From contig JARRQT010000024.1 in assembly GCA_037381445.1 (NCBI GenBank), positions 1-40,071 of the forward strand: DNA of 40,071 bases, read 5' to 3'. The notes beneath the pieces were generated by a model. The model ran no database searches, had not been told where the DNA came from, and worked only from the letters and a program-made list of their open reading frames with translations. Positions 1 to 9,053 of this stretch are shown one piece after another. Origin of the DNA: Calditrichia bacterium (GTDB lineage: Bacteria; Calditrichota; Calditrichia; RBG-13-44-9). Position numbers and translations under genes: made by a program. Every line of letters starts with the position of its first letter. Positions within the stretch are counted from its first letter, which is position 1.

Positions 1-1448
1 CCCGGACGGATTCATCGCCCACAAACCAGAAAACCCCTGCATAGCTGCACAAATCCGCCCGGCAGTCCGTCACGCTCTCATTGGGAACGGTATCGAAACT
101 GAAATTGTTTTCGGAAAGGGCCCTTCCGTATTTAAAGACAAAAGAATGGAACGGCTGGGTAAAAGCGCCGTCGGTGCGGTCAAAGCCGTCCACTACCAGT
201 ATTTTACCCAGAAAAGTTTTTCCGTTGCTTAATCCGTAGATATCTGAGGGTATGCTTTCATTTTGCTGCGGCGAGTTATTCACCGCGGTGAGGAAGAAAT
301 AGACATCGCTGTTCAATATCATTTTCAGGAGCGTATCGGACACCTGGGAAGTGAAAATCCTTTCATCCTTAAAAAGCGACCAGCTTACATTATTGAAGCT
401 GAAATAGAGCCGGTATCCGGCCAGATCTGTTTCCTGATTGGCATACCATCCCAGGCGCATTCCCTGGTCTGTTCCCTGAACAAATTTGAAAACCGGCTGT
501 GCAGGCGGGGTATCGTCCACTGGCAGGACCGTGACCGGCACATAAGCGGTGTCCGCATTCTGGCGGGTATCTTCGGTAAAAACCATTACAACATAATCGT
601 CCGGCGGCAGCACGGTGGTGTCCCAGAAATTATCCCGGACGCAGTTTATAATATACGATATCCACATAGGAATTCGCCGGTTTGGTGTCGAAGCTGAAAC
701 GTGTGCCATTTACGGGCGGCTCATAAACGATTGTTGAGCTGTCGGCGCTGAGGATGCGGTAGCCAATCCGGTAGGTGCCGTTGTTCAGGACGGAAGTGGA
801 ATAATTGGGAGGGCCGTTTTGTTCATCCACCTTTACAACGATATCCACTTTGCCGCTGACCACTCCGACGGGGAGCTCATCCGATGTATTATTCCGCAAA
901 AATTTAACGTAACGGATAATGGGCGGCCAGACATCCACAAAAGGCGTCAGTCCGCTGTTCGGCAGCAGGCAGTTTTTTTCTCCTCCCACGTAACCGTAGG
1001 TAAGATGGACATGTCCCTGTCCGCTGATGGTTGTCCCCAGAATAGTAACGCCGGCCGTGACCGGGTCGCCCACATTCAGCGCAGGGTTGGGCAGGACATG
1101 AACATAGGCGATATCATCCACCCGCACATAGGCGGCATCGCCCACCGGATCGATGACATCCACGGTGCCATTCTTCACCGCATAAACCGGCGCGCCATCG
1201 GGATTGGGGATATCGATGCCGTTATGGAAATGGGCGGGATTGGTGGTGCTGCGGTATTCGCAGAAATTGCCGGTAATGTAATGACTCTGGTTAAAAGGCG
1301 GCACCGGCCAGGGGAACTGATCAGCCGCTTTCAAATTGGCGCTTCCGCTCATAAAACCCGGAATCGCGAATGTCACCAGACAGATCAAAATAATTGAACT
1401 GCCCGGTTTTCTGAAAATACCTTTTGGAGCTGATCGATAAGTTTTCAT
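1..1448 (-). pseudogene. Frameshifted secreted M23 metallopeptidase / fibronectin type III multidomain protein (runs off the left window edge)
   Basis: ORF 630..1448 has a signal-like N-terminus and the M23 Zn motifs HNGID (HxxxD) and GHVH (HxH). It stops at YYKLRPG*, but another frame from ~640 reads open to base 1: VRDNFWDTTVLPPDDYVVMVFTEDTRQNADT..DDTPPAQP..LGWYANQETDLAGYRLY (FN3-like)..ILVVDGFDR..FDTVPNE..YAGVFWFVGDES. The ATG overlaps the upstream stop (ATGA). Confidence 0.8.
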
Positions 1449-2662
1449 TTTACCCTGAAAGTTTGGTAATTGTTTATGAAACCCGCAGAAATCAGGCTGC
1501 CGTTCTCCGATACATGCAGCGCCGGGGTAATGAATTCCTGCCCGGCCAAATCCATGTTCTGCAGCAGCTCCCCGCCGGCGTTCATCACCTTCATCACGGG
1601 ATTGGTAAAAATGAACCTGTTATTCCTGAATTCATTTTCTGCAATAAGAAGGACCGCCGTCTGGCCGTCCCCGGAAAGCCGGGCGGCGGAAATCATTCCC
1701 TCCTGCGGCGGGACTTCCTTTTTCCAGGCCACTGACCCGGCCGGGATATCCAGCAGCAGCACGGACCGTTTGTCCGCCAGCAGCAGGGAGCGCGAATCAG
1801 AGGAGTATGAGGCACTCTTAAACAGCATATCGGCCTGCGCCAGCGGTTTTCCGGCTCTGTTATATACAGTGCTTTTTGCGATCATGGGGTGATCAGCATC
1901 CGGCGTATAGCTCCCGGCAGCAATCAGATTGCCGTCGGCAGAAACGGCTAATCCCGAAATCATGGCCCCTTTAGCCGCCTTCTGCCATCTCATCTGTCCA
2001 TCGGATGTGAAACTGAAAAGATAAGGCGCCGCGGACAGGCTGCCGCGCTCTGCCTGCAGCGGTTTCAGGCCATGTTCTGTGGCCGCTATGGCAACAGCGG
2101 ATCCGTCCCGGCTGATCGCGAGATGTATCACCCGCTCCAGATCATATGCTGCCTGCGGAAATAATAACAGCTTCCTGGTTAATCCGCCAGACTGGCTGTA
2201 GAAAAACAGCTCTCCGGTGGTGATCCGGGCCAGGACCAGTGAGCCATCCCTGTCGGAGACCGCGATCACGGGATACGGTTCATCGTAGTATTGGGTCAAA
2301 CTGAGGGAATACCGTTTTTGTCTTTCAGACGAATAGACTTCCGCTTCCAGAATTCTGTTTCCGTCCGTATCGCCGCTTTCCTGTCTGAGGCTCAGGACCG
2401 CAAAAAAGCGACCGCCATCTGAAAAAACAGTCTTCAGATATCCTGGCGGAAAGGACAATGCAGCTCCGTTTCCTTCGGAAAGCCATTGCATTTCTCCCTC
2501 CCGGACGGCGATCACCCCCTCCCCTTCCAGATACCATTGTTCTACCTGAGACGGCGCTGTCAAAGATTTTTCCAGCTGATAATTTTTTCCAGGGGATGGC
2601 TGCCCGATGGCGGCAGAGACGGATATTATCAAACCAAAGAATGTCAGGCATAAATTTTTCAT
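1445..2662 (-). CDS. Secreted WD40/PQQ-like beta-propeller hypothetical protein
   Basis: Probable start MKNLCLTFFGLIISVSAAIG (signal peptide) at 2662. Repeated blade motifs FSDGGRFFAV, VSDRDGSLV, ISRDGSAVAI, VSADGNLIAA, LSGDGQTAV, VSENGSLIS. Confidence 0.75.
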   Translation of the reverse strand: MKNLCLTFFGLIISVSAAIGQPSPGKNYQLEKSLTAPSQVEQWYLEGEGVIAVREGEMQWLSEGNGAALSFPPGYLKTVFSDGGRFFAVLSLRQESGDTDGNRILEAEVYSSERQKRYSLSLTQYYDEPYPVIAVSDRDGSLVLARITTGELFFYSQSGGLTRKLLLFPQAAYDLERVIHLAISRDGSAVAIAATEHGLKPLQAERGSLSAAPYLFSFTSDGQMRWQKAAKGAMISGLAVSADGNLIAAGSYTPDADHPMIAKSTVYNRAGKPLAQADMLFKSASYSSDSRSLLLADKRSVLLLDIPAGSVAWKKEVPPQEGMISAARLSGDGQTAVLLIAENEFRNNRFIFTNPVMKVMNAGGELLQNMDLAGQEFITPALHVSENGSLISAGFINNYQTFRVK

Positions 2663-2791
2663 GGATGAAACACCCCGGTTTAGCAATTGTTTTTGCACTT
2701 TTTAAAGCATTCTGAAAAAAGCAAAACGCTCACAGACTGCTCTCATAATCAGAGCTTTATCCAAGATCTTCGTGCTAAATTGAAACTGCCG

Positions 2792-4024
2792 TTAATGGAA
2801 AAACAGGTATCCAAAAAACGTACCTGCAATAATCCCGGCCAGATCGGCAAGCAGGCCGGCTGTAACGGCATAACGGGTTTTTCGGATACTTACCGATCCG
2901 AAATAGACCGCCAGAATATAAAAGGTGGTTTCAGTGGCGCCGCGGTATATACTGGAAAGCCTTCCCGTGAAAGAATCCGGTCCGAAAGTCTTCATGATTT
3001 CCAGATTCATTCCTCTGGCGGCGCTGCCGCTCAGCGGTTTCATGAAGGCGGTCGGCAGGGACTGGACAAAGTCGCTGTTGATGCCCAGGACCTTGACCAC
3101 GCCTGCCACTCCCTGAATGATAAAATCCAGAGCACCGGAGGCGCGGAACACACCGATCGCCACAAGAATCGCCACCAGGTACGGAATGATTTTTACGGCC
3201 ACCCCAAAACCTTCCTTGGCCCCGGCGATAAAGGACTCGTATATATTGACCTTTTTGTACATCGCCAGAACAATAAAGCCGATGATTACCGTGAAGATAA
3301 TCAAATTACTGGCAACATTGGAAATTGTGGAGATTTGTTCCTGCGATATGGAAGCGAAATACAGGACGACTCCTGCCATCAGCAGGGACAATCCGCCTAG
3401 GTAGGAGAGAATCACTTTATCCAGCAGATTTATTTTTTGGATCAGGGCAACTACAATCAGGCCGCAAATGGTGCTGCAGAATGTCGCCAGCAGAATGGGG
3501 AGAAAGACATCGGTCGGATTGGCGGCGTGCACCACCGAACGGTCGATTAAAATGGTAAGGGGAATGATGGACAGCCCGGAGGTATTGAGTACCAGAAACA
3601 TGATCTGAGAATTCGAAGCCGTATCCTTCACGGGATTGATTGCCTGCATTTCTTTCATTGTCTTCAGCCCCAGGGGAGTTGCCGCATTATCCAGTCCCAG
3701 CATGTTAGCGGAAAAATTCATGATCATCGATCCAATAGCCGGGTGATCATCGGGAATATCGGGAAACAGCCTGGAGAAAAAGGGACGCGTCAGGCGGCTG
3801 AAAAAATGAATGACGCCGCCGTCTTCACCAATCTTCATAATGCCAAGCCAGAAAGCCATAATGCCGGTAAGATAAATAGACAGTTCGAAGCCGGTCTTGG
3901 ACATATCAAAAATCGATTGAACCAAATCCGGAAAAACTGACGTGTCCTGAAATAAAATCAACCGTATCAGCGCCACTACAAAGGCAATCAGAAAAAAACC
4001 AATCCACAGGTAATTCAATATCAT
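2792..4024 (-). CDS. spmAB: SpmA/SpmB fusion membrane protein (nucleoside-recognition Gate domains)
   Basis: 410 aa polytopic membrane protein with family motifs ANMLGLDNAATPLGLK, FLVLNTS, ESFIAGAKEGF, MKPLSGSAARG, TETTFYILAVYFGSV. RBS AGAAGGA. Confidence 0.9.
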   Translation of the reverse strand: MILNYLWIGFFLIAFVVALIRLILFQDTSVFPDLVQSIFDMSKTGFELSIYLTGIMAFWLGIMKIGEDGGVIHFFSRLTRPFFSRLFPDIPDDHPAIGSMIMNFSANMLGLDNAATPLGLKTMKEMQAINPVKDTASNSQIMFLVLNTSGLSIIPLTILIDRSVVHAANPTDVFLPILLATFCSTICGLIVVALIQKINLLDKVILSYLGGLSLLMAGVVLYFASISQEQISTISNVASNLIIFTVIIGFIVLAMYKKVNIYESFIAGAKEGFGVAVKIIPYLVAILVAIGVFRASGALDFIIQGVAGVVKVLGINSDFVQSLPTAFMKPLSGSAARGMNLEIMKTFGPDSFTGRLSSIYRGATETTFYILAVYFGSVSIRKTRYAVTAGLLADLAGIIAGTFFGYLFFH

Positions 4025-4379
4025 AACGAATCCTTCTTGAAAAAACTTTCCCTAAAAAATATGAGCAACAGATGTCAAAAGCCGAAAACCAATTCATTCC
4101 CGACAGGCAGGCAGCAGTAAACCGAAAAGGCATTTTCGGTCAAAAACCGAACCTCCGCCGCCCGATGCGTGGAGCATAATTCGGGGGATGAAATGCGCAC
4201 CTGTCTTAAGCCGATAGTATTGCATATTCTATAAGATTTGTTTTTGTATTTTTGACTTTCCATGTTAAAATATAACTGTCAGCTGCAAAGATAAATATTC
4301 GCTCGCGTAATTCCGAGGATGAACAGTTAAAAGTCGTTAATTTTTGCGATTAAAACAATCTAAAAACAACGGAGTCATC

Positions 4380-5200
4380 ATGAATTATTCCTGGCACGAT
4401 GAAGAAGCGCTCTCTTACGGTATCATAAATATCAGCGCGGCCAACATCCGTCCCTGGCCCGTTTTCCAGTCTGAATTAACGAGCCAGACACTTTTGGGGA
4501 CCATTGTCCCGGTCTTTGAAGAAAGGAACGATTTTCTTCTTGTTCGCAATTTCGACGGCTACCGGGGCTGGATCAGTAAACACTCCATCGTCCGGGTAAC
4601 CCGCGAACACGCCGAAAAGTGGCATTCCGGCCCCCGGGTAATTGTCAAAACAAATTACGGCATTGTCCGGCAGCAGCCGGATGAAAGCAGTGAGATTCTG
4701 GCTGATCTGGTCCCCTGCGCAGTGCTGGGAAAGCTCGAATCCACCCTGGGCTCTGTCCGGGTCGCTCTCCCGGATGGCCGTTCCGGTTTTGTGCCCGAAT
4801 ACGTAGTCCTCGATGAAGCGGTTCAGAAAAAGATCCGTGCTGACTGGCAACAGGTTCTCGCCACTGCCCGCAATTTTCTCGGTAGGGATTTGACTGCTCC
4901 GGCTTTGTGCAGACCGTTTTCCGTCTGCTGAATATTGAGCTTCCCCGGGACTCCGGCCCCATGTCGCAGACCGGAACCGGCATTGACATCGGTAACCTGG
5001 CAAACCTGGCTCCCGCTGATCTGGTATTCTTCGGAAAATCGATTCACCGCATCAGCCATGTGGGGATCTACCTGGGAGACGCCCGCTATATTCATTCCCG
5101 AGGTTATGTCAGAATCAACAGCTTCAACCCGGCGGACCCGCTCTATGAAGATTACCTGCATTCTCTCTTTATCAAAGCCATGCGAATACTTCCCGATTAG
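4380..5200 (+). pseudogene. Frameshifted SH3b + NlpC/P60 (C40, YkfC-like gamma-D-Glu-diamino acid) peptidase
   Basis: ATG 4380 after GGAG. SH3-like segments (SELTSQTLLG, DGYRGWI, LPDGRSGFV) precede ARNFLG. The frame then shifts at ~4884 to GFDCSGFVQTVF..LPRDS..DLVFF..ISHVGIYLG..YIHS (Cys-His-His triad). The usual PYxWGG segment is absent. No signal peptide. Confidence 0.85.
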
Positions 5201-5323
5201 ATCGACCATCGCATATCGGGTGTATCTCTTTCGGAATTAAAGACATTCCTGACTATTAAACATGATCAATCATATATTGCGCCATCCGGCTGATTTTCCA
5301 GACTTCCATATCTTCTGCACATG

Positions 5324-5350
5324 AAAGAAAAAGGCCTTCAAAGAAGGCCT
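5324..5350 (-). terminator. Rho-independent terminator ending the TBDR operon
   Basis: Perfect 8-bp stem AGGCCTTC/GAAGGCCT (5332-5350) with a 3-nt loop, followed on the minus strand by TTTTCTTT, ~45 nt after the stop at 5395. Confidence 0.7.
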
Positions 5351-5394
5351 CCTTCTTTACCAAAAGACTGTTGTCAAAACAAACTCCCTCTTAA

Positions 5395-7743
5395 TTATTT
5401 GAGGAAGGTCATCTTGCGAACCTGCGTATAATTGCCTGCCTTCAGCATATAGATATAAAGGCCGTTGGCAACCAGCGCACCATGATCATTTCTGCCGTTC
5501 CAGGTAACCGTATAAGTGCCGGCATTCCGGGAATCATTGACCAAGGTTCTTACAATCTGTCCCAGTGTGTTGTAGATGACAATCGAGACATCGGAATTCC
5601 TGGGCAGATCGAATGAAATTCTGGTTTCAGGGTTAAAAGGATTGGGGTAATTTTGCCTGAGAGCAAAGCTTTTCGGCAATCCGCTCTCCTTATCGCTGAT
5701 GCCAACCACAGTCCCTGAAACTTCTTCAGATAAGTCGCCCTGGTTTCCGGTGAAATCAAAGGCCACAACCCGGTAGAAATATTGCACGCCAGGCTCCACA
5801 TCCGCATCCATGAAATTGATGTCAGTCGTGGTCCCGATTTCGGCGGCTGGATCGGCTGCGTCAAATCCGCTTTCGGTGCCGCGGCGTACAGAGAAGTAAT
5901 TGAAATCCGGATCGGGGGATTCATCCCACATCAGTTCGAGCTGCATATCAACCATCTGCGCGCTCAGGTTACCCGGAGCGGTAGGAATCAGGTTATCTTC
6001 GGACATACCCGTCTTGACGAAGGATTGCCAGTTAACCGCAACATCCGGGGAATGTGCTGAAACGACAAAATTTCCGGCCCACTCGGCGCCGTCCCCCAGT
6101 GTGGGAACAACCGCCGCATAATAGGCAGCCTGCAGCGGCTGCGTAGAGGCAACCTGCACCGGCAATTCATTGTCAATTCTCCATACCGCATATTTCTCGA
6201 TGGGAACAGCGGCCGCCTTTTGCAGACTATTTTGATTGATGACCGTCGGAACCAGTGTTTTCCCGTTGATTTGCAGACCCGGGAAATCCGCTGCATTACC
6301 GTTGATTATCGCAACCGGCACATTTGTGCTGGTCAATGGCGGGGCAGGTACATCATCCTCAGATGCCATCCAGACAACCCATACCTGACGGCCCTGATCA
6401 TTTGGCACATCCGCCACTGCAGTAATGACAGGCTGATTGACCGGGATATTATCCAGCACGACGATCGGCTGCGGTCCCTGAGTAGAATAACGCGGGGTAC
6501 CCGTATAAACGACTTCATCTTCAGGATCATCATCCAGATTGGAAATAGAAATAATATCGTACTGCGCTGCGTCGGAAATACCATAATCAATAACATTGAT
6601 TACCCAGTTTGCCGGATCGGCAATATCACCCCCCTGGTATTCCAGACGGTCAATAATGCCATTTGGCGTGGACTGCCGGGTACCGAAGACATAATCCAAC
6701 AGGCCATCATTATCCAGATCGCCAACCGCTCCGCCGTAGGAACGGTAAGAGTCATCCGGGACATCCTGAATCATGGTCGCTTTCAGCGTATCTCCCGATT
6801 CCTGCAGCAGGTAAACATTATTGTCGGTTGAACCCCAGGAAGCCAGAATAATTTCATCTTCTCCATTGCCATCCACATCAACAGTCTGGGCCGATCCCCA
6901 GGAGCCGGCACCGGCCAGTCCAACCTGCGGACCGGATACAGCAAAACTGTCGCCCACCGCGTCATATTTGACGGCCCAAACATCGCCGTTATCCCGTATG
7001 CCATAAACCACGGCATTCAGAATAGCCAGATCATAGAACGTCCCGGTTACGCCGCTGAACTTCGTGGTCCAGGTTTCGGAGCCATCGGCATTGTCCGGAA
7101 TATTATCGACGGAATAAATCTGAATGCCGTTTCCAGCCCGGCAGGCAGCCACAATCTCATCCGTACCGTCACTGTCGATGTCGTTTATCAGCCAGCGGAA
7201 GGGGCGCAAGTTTTCATTATCGGCATCGGTGATTGTCCAGGACGCATTGGGCAGCCAATCGCCGGTGGCCGGATCCTGAACTCCCATGTTATCACTGCCG
7301 TCGCCCGGCGTTTCGAACACCACAATCCGTTCCGGGTTGGGCTGCAGGCCGCCGCCAAAGTTATTTACCGGACCCCATACGATTTCTTGTTTGCCATCCT
7401 TGTCCAGGTCGGCAGCAGCCAGCGCCGGCCACGTGTTCTGGAAATCTATTGAAAGCCGGGTGGACCAAACAACCTGCCAATTTCCCGCATCATCTTTTTC
7501 ATATTTATAGATACGGGGAACCAGATCGTAATTCATTACATCATTCCAGTCATTATTAACCGCATAAATCTCAGGTCTTCCGTCATTATCAAAATCTACT
7601 CCACTTACGATATTACCAAAACCGCCAACATCCAGCGTATCTGCCGGAATGGTTGCGGAACGATCAAACCGTTCCTGTGCCAGCAAACCTGCCGTCAGAA
7701 ACAGCATAAATACCAATACAACACCTGTAATCCTAAAACGCAT
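5395..7743 (-). CDS. T9SS-secreted FG-GAP/VCBS-repeat beta-propeller protein with FN3 and type A C-terminal sorting (FlgD-Ig) domain
   Basis: Start MRFRITG after GAAGGAGG, with a signal peptide. Repeats DFDNDGRPEI, DLDKDGKQEI, DIDSDGTDEI, DVDGNGEDEI, DLDNDGLLD. FN3 segment (PTAPGNL..LMWD..YFYRVVAFD). CTD ALRQNYPNPFNP..IYNTLGQ..GLYIY..KMTFLK. Confidence 0.88.
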   Translation of the reverse strand: MRFRITGVVLVFMLFLTAGLLAQERFDRSATIPADTLDVGGFGNIVSGVDFDNDGRPEIYAVNNDWNDVMNYDLVPRIYKYEKDDAGNWQVVWSTRLSIDFQNTWPALAAADLDKDGKQEIVWGPVNNFGGGLQPNPERIVVFETPGDGSDNMGVQDPATGDWLPNASWTITDADNENLRPFRWLINDIDSDGTDEIVAACRAGNGIQIYSVDNIPDNADGSETWTTKFSGVTGTFYDLAILNAVVYGIRDNGDVWAVKYDAVGDSFAVSGPQVGLAGAGSWGSAQTVDVDGNGEDEIILASWGSTDNNVYLLQESGDTLKATMIQDVPDDSYRSYGGAVGDLDNDGLLDYVFGTRQSTPNGIIDRLEYQGGDIADPANWVINVIDYGISDAAQYDIISISNLDDDPEDEVVYTGTPRYSTQGPQPIVVLDNIPVNQPVITAVADVPNDQGRQVWVVWMASEDDVPAPPLTSTNVPVAIINGNAADFPGLQINGKTLVPTVINQNSLQKAAAVPIEKYAVWRIDNELPVQVASTQPLQAAYYAAVVPTLGDGAEWAGNFVVSAHSPDVAVNWQSFVKTGMSEDNLIPTAPGNLSAQMVDMQLELMWDESPDPDFNYFSVRRGTESGFDAADPAAEIGTTTDINFMDADVEPGVQYFYRVVAFDFTGNQGDLSEEVSGTVVGISDKESGLPKSFALRQNYPNPFNPETRISFDLPRNSDVSIVIYNTLGQIVRTLVNDSRNAGTYTVTWNGRNDHGALVANGLYIYMLKAGNYTQVRKMTFLK

Positions 7744-7835
7744 AAAAGCCTCCTTCAATTTTTGGTTAAGTAAGAAATGAAGCCTTGCGGATTAAATAAA
7801 CTGAAACATTTCCGGGCAGGAACCACCTCCCTTCT

Positions 7836-8882
7836 TTAGTACTTTATTCCGAGTGAAACAAATTGAACGTTATTTAATCTTCCATAGTCCGCCCACCCGA
7901 AATCAAATTTCAGATGGGTTCCAACCACATCATATCTGATGCCAGCCCCAAAGGTAAGGCCCTGTTCGCTGTTTTCCTGAAACAGCGCCTTGTAGCCGCC
8001 TCTCAGATAAATAACACGGCGCAGCCCGATTTCCAGGCCGCTGTTCAGATACTGGGAATTATCGTTGGGCTGCACGCCATCTACGGCTGTCATAATCTGC
8101 AGATTTTCATTCTTTACTGCCTGCCAGGCAATCCCAAACCGCAGACTCAGCGGCATATCGAAATTTTCCGTCCGGTATTTAGCGGCAACCGCATCCACAG
8201 AACCGGAAGCGGCTTCGGGATCGACATTGTTGTAAAGATCACTGCCATCCATATGCATTTTGGTGCCGAAGTTAAAAATGGCCGCACCAAGCGTGAGGTT
8301 TTTCCAGGGAGTTTTGTAAAAAATACCCAGATCAACTGCCGCCCCGTGTGCGGATTCGTTAAAGATCTTTTCCTGCACATATTTACCGGTGAATCCGATT
8401 GAGAACTGGTCGGTAAGATTTTTTGCGTAGGTGAGCCCCAGAGAGACCATGTTTGCTGACCAGTACTGGCCGGTCCCATCCGGTAAGTCAACGGTCCGCA
8501 CCGGCTGTTCCGGAGTCCGGAAAGAAATAAAATGAAAACCGAAGGAACCGATCATGCCGATATTGAAGGAAAAGGCAGCGAAATCGTAGCTTGTTTCGGC
8601 CAGCCAGTTGGCGTGATTAAAAGCTGCTTCACCGGACCCAATAATTCTGGAAAGTCCCGCAGGATTCCAGTAAACCGAAAGGATGTCCTCGGACACCGCG
8701 GTATAAGCGCCGCCCATGCCTATCGGTCTGGCACCGGCCCCGATCTTCAGAAACTGTGCCGCCGTTGTTCCTACCCGGTTAATGGAAGAAACCGTCTGGG
8801 AACTTTCCTGGGCAACACTGATTGTGAACATCACTGCTACGGACAGCAAAGCTGCAAATATACTATTATTTTTTAGATTCAT
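7836..8882 (-). CDS. PorV/PorQ family (UPF0164-like) outer-membrane beta-barrel protein
   Basis: Signal peptide followed by the hallmark GTTAAQFLKIGAGARPIGMGGA..YWNPAGL, amphipathic beta strands, LRGGY and a terminal aromatic residue (SLGIKY). Confidence 0.85.
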   Translation of the reverse strand: MNLKNNSIFAALLSVAVMFTISVAQESSQTVSSINRVGTTAAQFLKIGAGARPIGMGGAYTAVSEDILSVYWNPAGLSRIIGSGEAAFNHANWLAETSYDFAAFSFNIGMIGSFGFHFISFRTPEQPVRTVDLPDGTGQYWSANMVSLGLTYAKNLTDQFSIGFTGKYVQEKIFNESAHGAAVDLGIFYKTPWKNLTLGAAIFNFGTKMHMDGSDLYNNVDPEAASGSVDAVAAKYRTENFDMPLSLRFGIAWQAVKNENLQIMTAVDGVQPNDNSQYLNSGLEIGLRRVIYLRGGYKALFQENSEQGLTFGAGIRYDVVGTHLKFDFGWADYGRLNNVQFVSLGIKY

Positions 8883-9053
8883 ACGATAACTCTCTTTTGG
8901 AAAACACCCTGGTTTAAATGGTTCTCTACAATTCTATTTAATTCTTCAGAGCCATGGGAACAGACAGATCACATTCGATGTCGCATTGGGGGAAGCTCCC
9001 TCTGTTTGTTGAGATTCGTTGTTTTCGCAATGTCCATCGCGTCCCCGAATATT

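Noticed and set aside
263..697. 144-aa plus-strand ORF
   Set aside because: Antisense to the frameshifted continuation of the M23 gene, which carries recognisable domains.
4870..4910. Programmed frameshift or phase variation at the C40 (and M23) break
   Set aside because: No slippery heptamer, homopolymer or short tandem repeat is present, and essential codons are physically missing in the C40 gene.
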